Assembly (NCBI GenBank): GCA_023270055.1
Contig: JAGDYB010000008.1
Coordinates: forward strand, 3,438-67,437
Direction of reading: 5' to 3'
DNA: 64,000 bases
Source: Candidatus Micrarchaeota archaeon
Lineage (GTDB): Archaea; Micrarchaeota; Micrarchaeia; Micrarchaeales; CABMGC01
This document shows, one piece after another, positions 63,480-64,000 of the stretch; positions within the stretch are counted from its first letter, which is position 1; every line of letters begins with the position of its first letter. The notes under the pieces are model-generated. The model did not search any database, was not told where the DNA came from, and saw only the letters and a program-made list of their open reading frames with translations. The translations under genes were made by a program, and so were the position numbers.

Positions 63480-64000
63480 TTAACCTTCGCCTTCGAGAAG
63501 CTTCCTTACTTTCTCAATGTTGGCATTCTGCCCTTCCTCCCTAAGCCTCCTTGCTGAATTGGTAAAGTACTTGTGGCTTTCCAAAAGCGACAGCTGGCTT
63601 CTGTACCATTCTGCAAGCGTGTACCTCTTGCCTTTGTTGGCCTCAAGCTCGTCCATTAGGTCCAATGACCTCAGCAGGAACCTGTCAGTGCCAAGCGTGT
63701 CAAGATCAGCATCACATATTATGTATTCGAGCTCATCCTTCGGGTGTTGAGGAAACTCGGTCGCGAGTATCAGCTTCTGCGCAAGCTTCACCTCTTTGCT
63801 GTCAAATCCAAATTTTGGAAGTATCTCGCCGGCCATCTCTGCGCCGATGGGCTCGTTTGCATCATATTGCTTAGCATAGCCTATGTCATGCAGGAGAGCT
63901 GCTGCAAGCAACGGTTCAACGTATTCTTTCTCGATTTGCTCTGCTTCCGCATACCTCTTTGAGCTTTCGTACACATCGTTAGTGTGTATTATGTTGTGGT
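63480..64000 (-). CDS. HD-domain phosphohydrolase; N-terminus runs off the right window edge
   Basis: LLHDIGY motif. The frame stays open upstream of the tracked GTG at 63974 (…HNIIHTNDVYESS…) to the window end, and the first His of the HD domain lies there. Confidence 0.8.
   Translation of the reverse strand, partial: HNIIHTNDVYESSKRYAEAEQIEKEYVEPLLAAALLHDIGYAKQYDANEPIGAEMAGEILPKFGFDSKEVKLAQKLILATEFPQHPKDELEYIICDADLDTLGTDRFLLRSLDLMDELEANKGKRYTLAEWYRSQLSLLESHKYFTNSARRLREEGQNANIEKVRKLLEGEG

Overview
Archaeal chromosomal segment. By eye it is about 45% GC, AUA-rich, and most genes are led by GGTG/GAGG Shine-Dalgarno motifs. It is densely packed with core archaeal genes: pelota, KsgA, NAC, TruD, GGGP synthase, RNase Z, Nop5, GlyRS, Ogg, translin, Dph2, L10e, Nre, Sua5, GluRS, Rpo7-Spt4, AlaX and ProRS. 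I call about 60 protein genes. Two of them run off the window edges and are missing or mis-started in the ORF track. I also found seven tRNA genes by eye, none encoding CCA, plus one canonical box C/D sRNA. Three tRNAs carry introns. tRNA-Ala has an intron in the T-arm. tRNA-Ser has two non-canonical introns, one in the anticodon stem and one in the T-arm. tRNA-Trp has a 70-nt anticodon-loop intron containing a C box and a 12-nt guide that places C34 at the methylation position. Multiple non-canonical introns suggest a lineage with a broad-specificity splicing endonuclease, such as Micrarchaeota/ARMAN-like DPANN or Thermoproteales-like archaea; this is inference only. The standout locus is a tightly coupled nine-gene operon at 37971-45254. 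It encodes a VirB2/TrbC-like two-helix pilin candidate, a VirB6-like polytopic protein, several small membrane proteins and two VirB4/HerA-type ATPase modules. One module is split into two ORFs. The other carries an unusual C-terminal beta-sandwich-like domain. The operon sits next to a divergent small wHTH gene that is flanked by an ~80-bp imperfect direct repeat. No integrase, relaxase, transposase or CRISPR array is visible, so the operon looks like a domesticated conjugation-type (Ced/Ted-like) transfer apparatus rather than a plasmid. Other notable items are a 1773-aa surface protein, two class III signal-peptide (type IV pilin-like) proteins, a processive GT2 synthase, a Tes/GDGT-MAS-like radical SAM enzyme and a KaiC-like ATPase coupled to a Cys-repeat membrane protein. 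All homology statements come from motif recognition by eye; no searches were run.
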